NCBI RefSeq assembly: GCF_030144855.1
Contig: NC_082714.1
Coordinates: 18,104,001-18,168,000 of the forward strand
Source of the DNA: Hypanus sabinus
Lineage: Eukaryota
Reading direction: 5' to 3'
DNA length: 64,000 bases
Part shown: positions 62,408 through 64,000 of the stretch, piece after piece
Position numbering within the stretch: position 1 is the stretch's first letter
Layout of the letters: every line of letters starts with the position of its first letter
Notes under the pieces: generated by a model
Databases searched by the model: none
The model's input: the letters and a program-made list of their open reading frames with translations, nothing else
What the model was told of the DNA's origin: nothing
Program-made: the position numbers and the translations under genes

Positions 62408-64000
62408 ATGTAAATGATATATGTTTCTTCTTGGAATATCTAGAGTTAACCTTTTGTTTATTCTTTCCAAAATGTAAAATACAGATGATTCTGAAATCAC
62501 GTGTCACGGTTTCAAGAAGCTAGCCCATTTGCTTTTCTTGACTCATTTATCAATGTGTGGACAGCAATGTTTCATTGTGACATCTCTTACATAGATAGTG
62601 AGCACTGTTCTTATCCTTTACTGTGATGATTTTGGTAGTAAGCTTTGCACCATCTTCTATTTTGCAGTGATAATATTTCATCTTAATGTCTTCTATTCAA
62701 AGTCAAAGTCCATTTATTATTTATAAAAGTATGTCTGCTGTTTACAATCCCAAAATTCATCTTCCCCACAGACAGTCATGAAACCATGGAACCAAAAAAA
62801 CATCAAACCCCCTTCTCCCTCGAGCAAACAGCAACAAAAAGAGTGGAAAAACACAATATAAAACACAAAATCAAAACCAGAACTAGAACTCATCATTAAA
62901 AATGGAATCAGAGAACAAATCTACAGTCTGTGTTGATTAAACTGTGCTGTGGCACCGTTCATGAACAGCATCGAGAAAAAGAGAGATCACTCAAATGCAG
63001 GGATCTTCCCTCGGGAGCAGTGAGCACACAAGACAGAGGAATATACATGTCTGCCTTGAACTGACAATTGATACTGTTGAATTGGGCTGTAGAATTGTTA
63101 TTTTTATTATAGTTTGACTTTCTTATGTTTGTTTGTATATGATCACCTATATACATGGAATTATTCAGTGAGTTTTCCAGTGGTTACTCTGTATCTGTAT
63201 TTTTTTCTGGAAAATTTATTGTTTCAGTGGTATGTGTCACATTTCTTGAAAATGGCTATCTTATTGGTTTACTGTTATCAGTGGAATTTCTGTTAACCGT
63301 AGTCTGGTGTGAGAAGACCACAGCACTTTAGTCTTCTCTTTCCTTTGTCTCCTGGCATGTTTCTTCAGCTGTGGCTTCTTCTTTGCTCTTGTAACACTTA
63401 ATAAAACAATTTAAAGCAACAAAGTTTTATGGCTCATTATTGATTTCTGAAGAACCTTTGGATCGCAAAAGCATCAGGATCCAACAGTACTACATCTCAA
63501 TTTAATTATACAATTGGTCAAACTGCCCTTACAGACCCACTCACACTCCTACCAGCCCACTATGGCAGAACTGTGTACTATTTACAAAATACAACACTCA
63601 GCCAGGTCTTCATTGATGGCATCTCCTAAACCCAGAGCCTCTGTCATCCAGAAGCACAAGCACAGCGAGTGAATGACAGTACCTTCAAGTTTCTTCTCAT
63701 GTTATGCACCATCCTGACTTGGAAATATGACCGCCATTCCTTCACAGTTGCTGGGACTAAGTCTCTAACCCTACTTGAATGCATTGTGGGCATCTCTGCT
63801 TCAGTCTGCAGCAATTTAGGAAGGCGGCTCTTCATCACCTGCTCAAGATCAATAAGGATTGACAATAAATGCTGGTCATGTCAGGGAGATGCGCAACATA
63901 TAATTCAATTGAAATGAAAATAGATTACAATCCATGTTAGAAACATGTAACTTGAAATTTGAAGAAATGATGTCCATCATTGCTCTTGGAAAAGCTACGA

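Overview
Vertebrate genomic DNA, probably a cartilaginous fish (inferred from the repeat families, not verified). It carries the NUBP2-SPSB3-EME2 neighbourhood known from human 16p13.3. NUBP2 coding exon 1 (- strand, 7514-7529) is head-to-head with a complete SPSB3 (+ strand, 6 coding exons, 355 aa). SPSB3 is tail-to-tail with an 8-exon EME2 (- strand, ~440 aa). A second, unassigned CpG-island promoter lies at ~60.3-60.7 kb. Positions 1-5902 are the 5' half of a decayed class I (gamma/epsilon-like) endogenous retrovirus inside NUBP2 intron 1: 5' LTR, tRNA-Arg-like PBS, gag, protease, RT and the start of RNase H. Main observations: (1) the ERV has a 2H-phosphodiesterase-like domain between protease and RT; (2) its leader has three covarying double-stem RNA modules just after the splice donor; (3) Penelope-derived repeats carry minimal hammerhead ribozymes, one with an intact core beside a CpG island; (4) a 2.3-kb 30-bp tandem array in a Rex1 LINE tail beside the EME2 promoter has higher-order structure, a 767-codon ORF and ~68 TACGTG motifs; (5) two different LINEs inserted at nearly the same site in two copies of one Tc1 element. 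The rest is intronic or intergenic DNA with CR1, Rex1, SINE and solo-LTR remnants and one 128-N gap. All protein and repeat identifications are from memory of the families; no searches were run.
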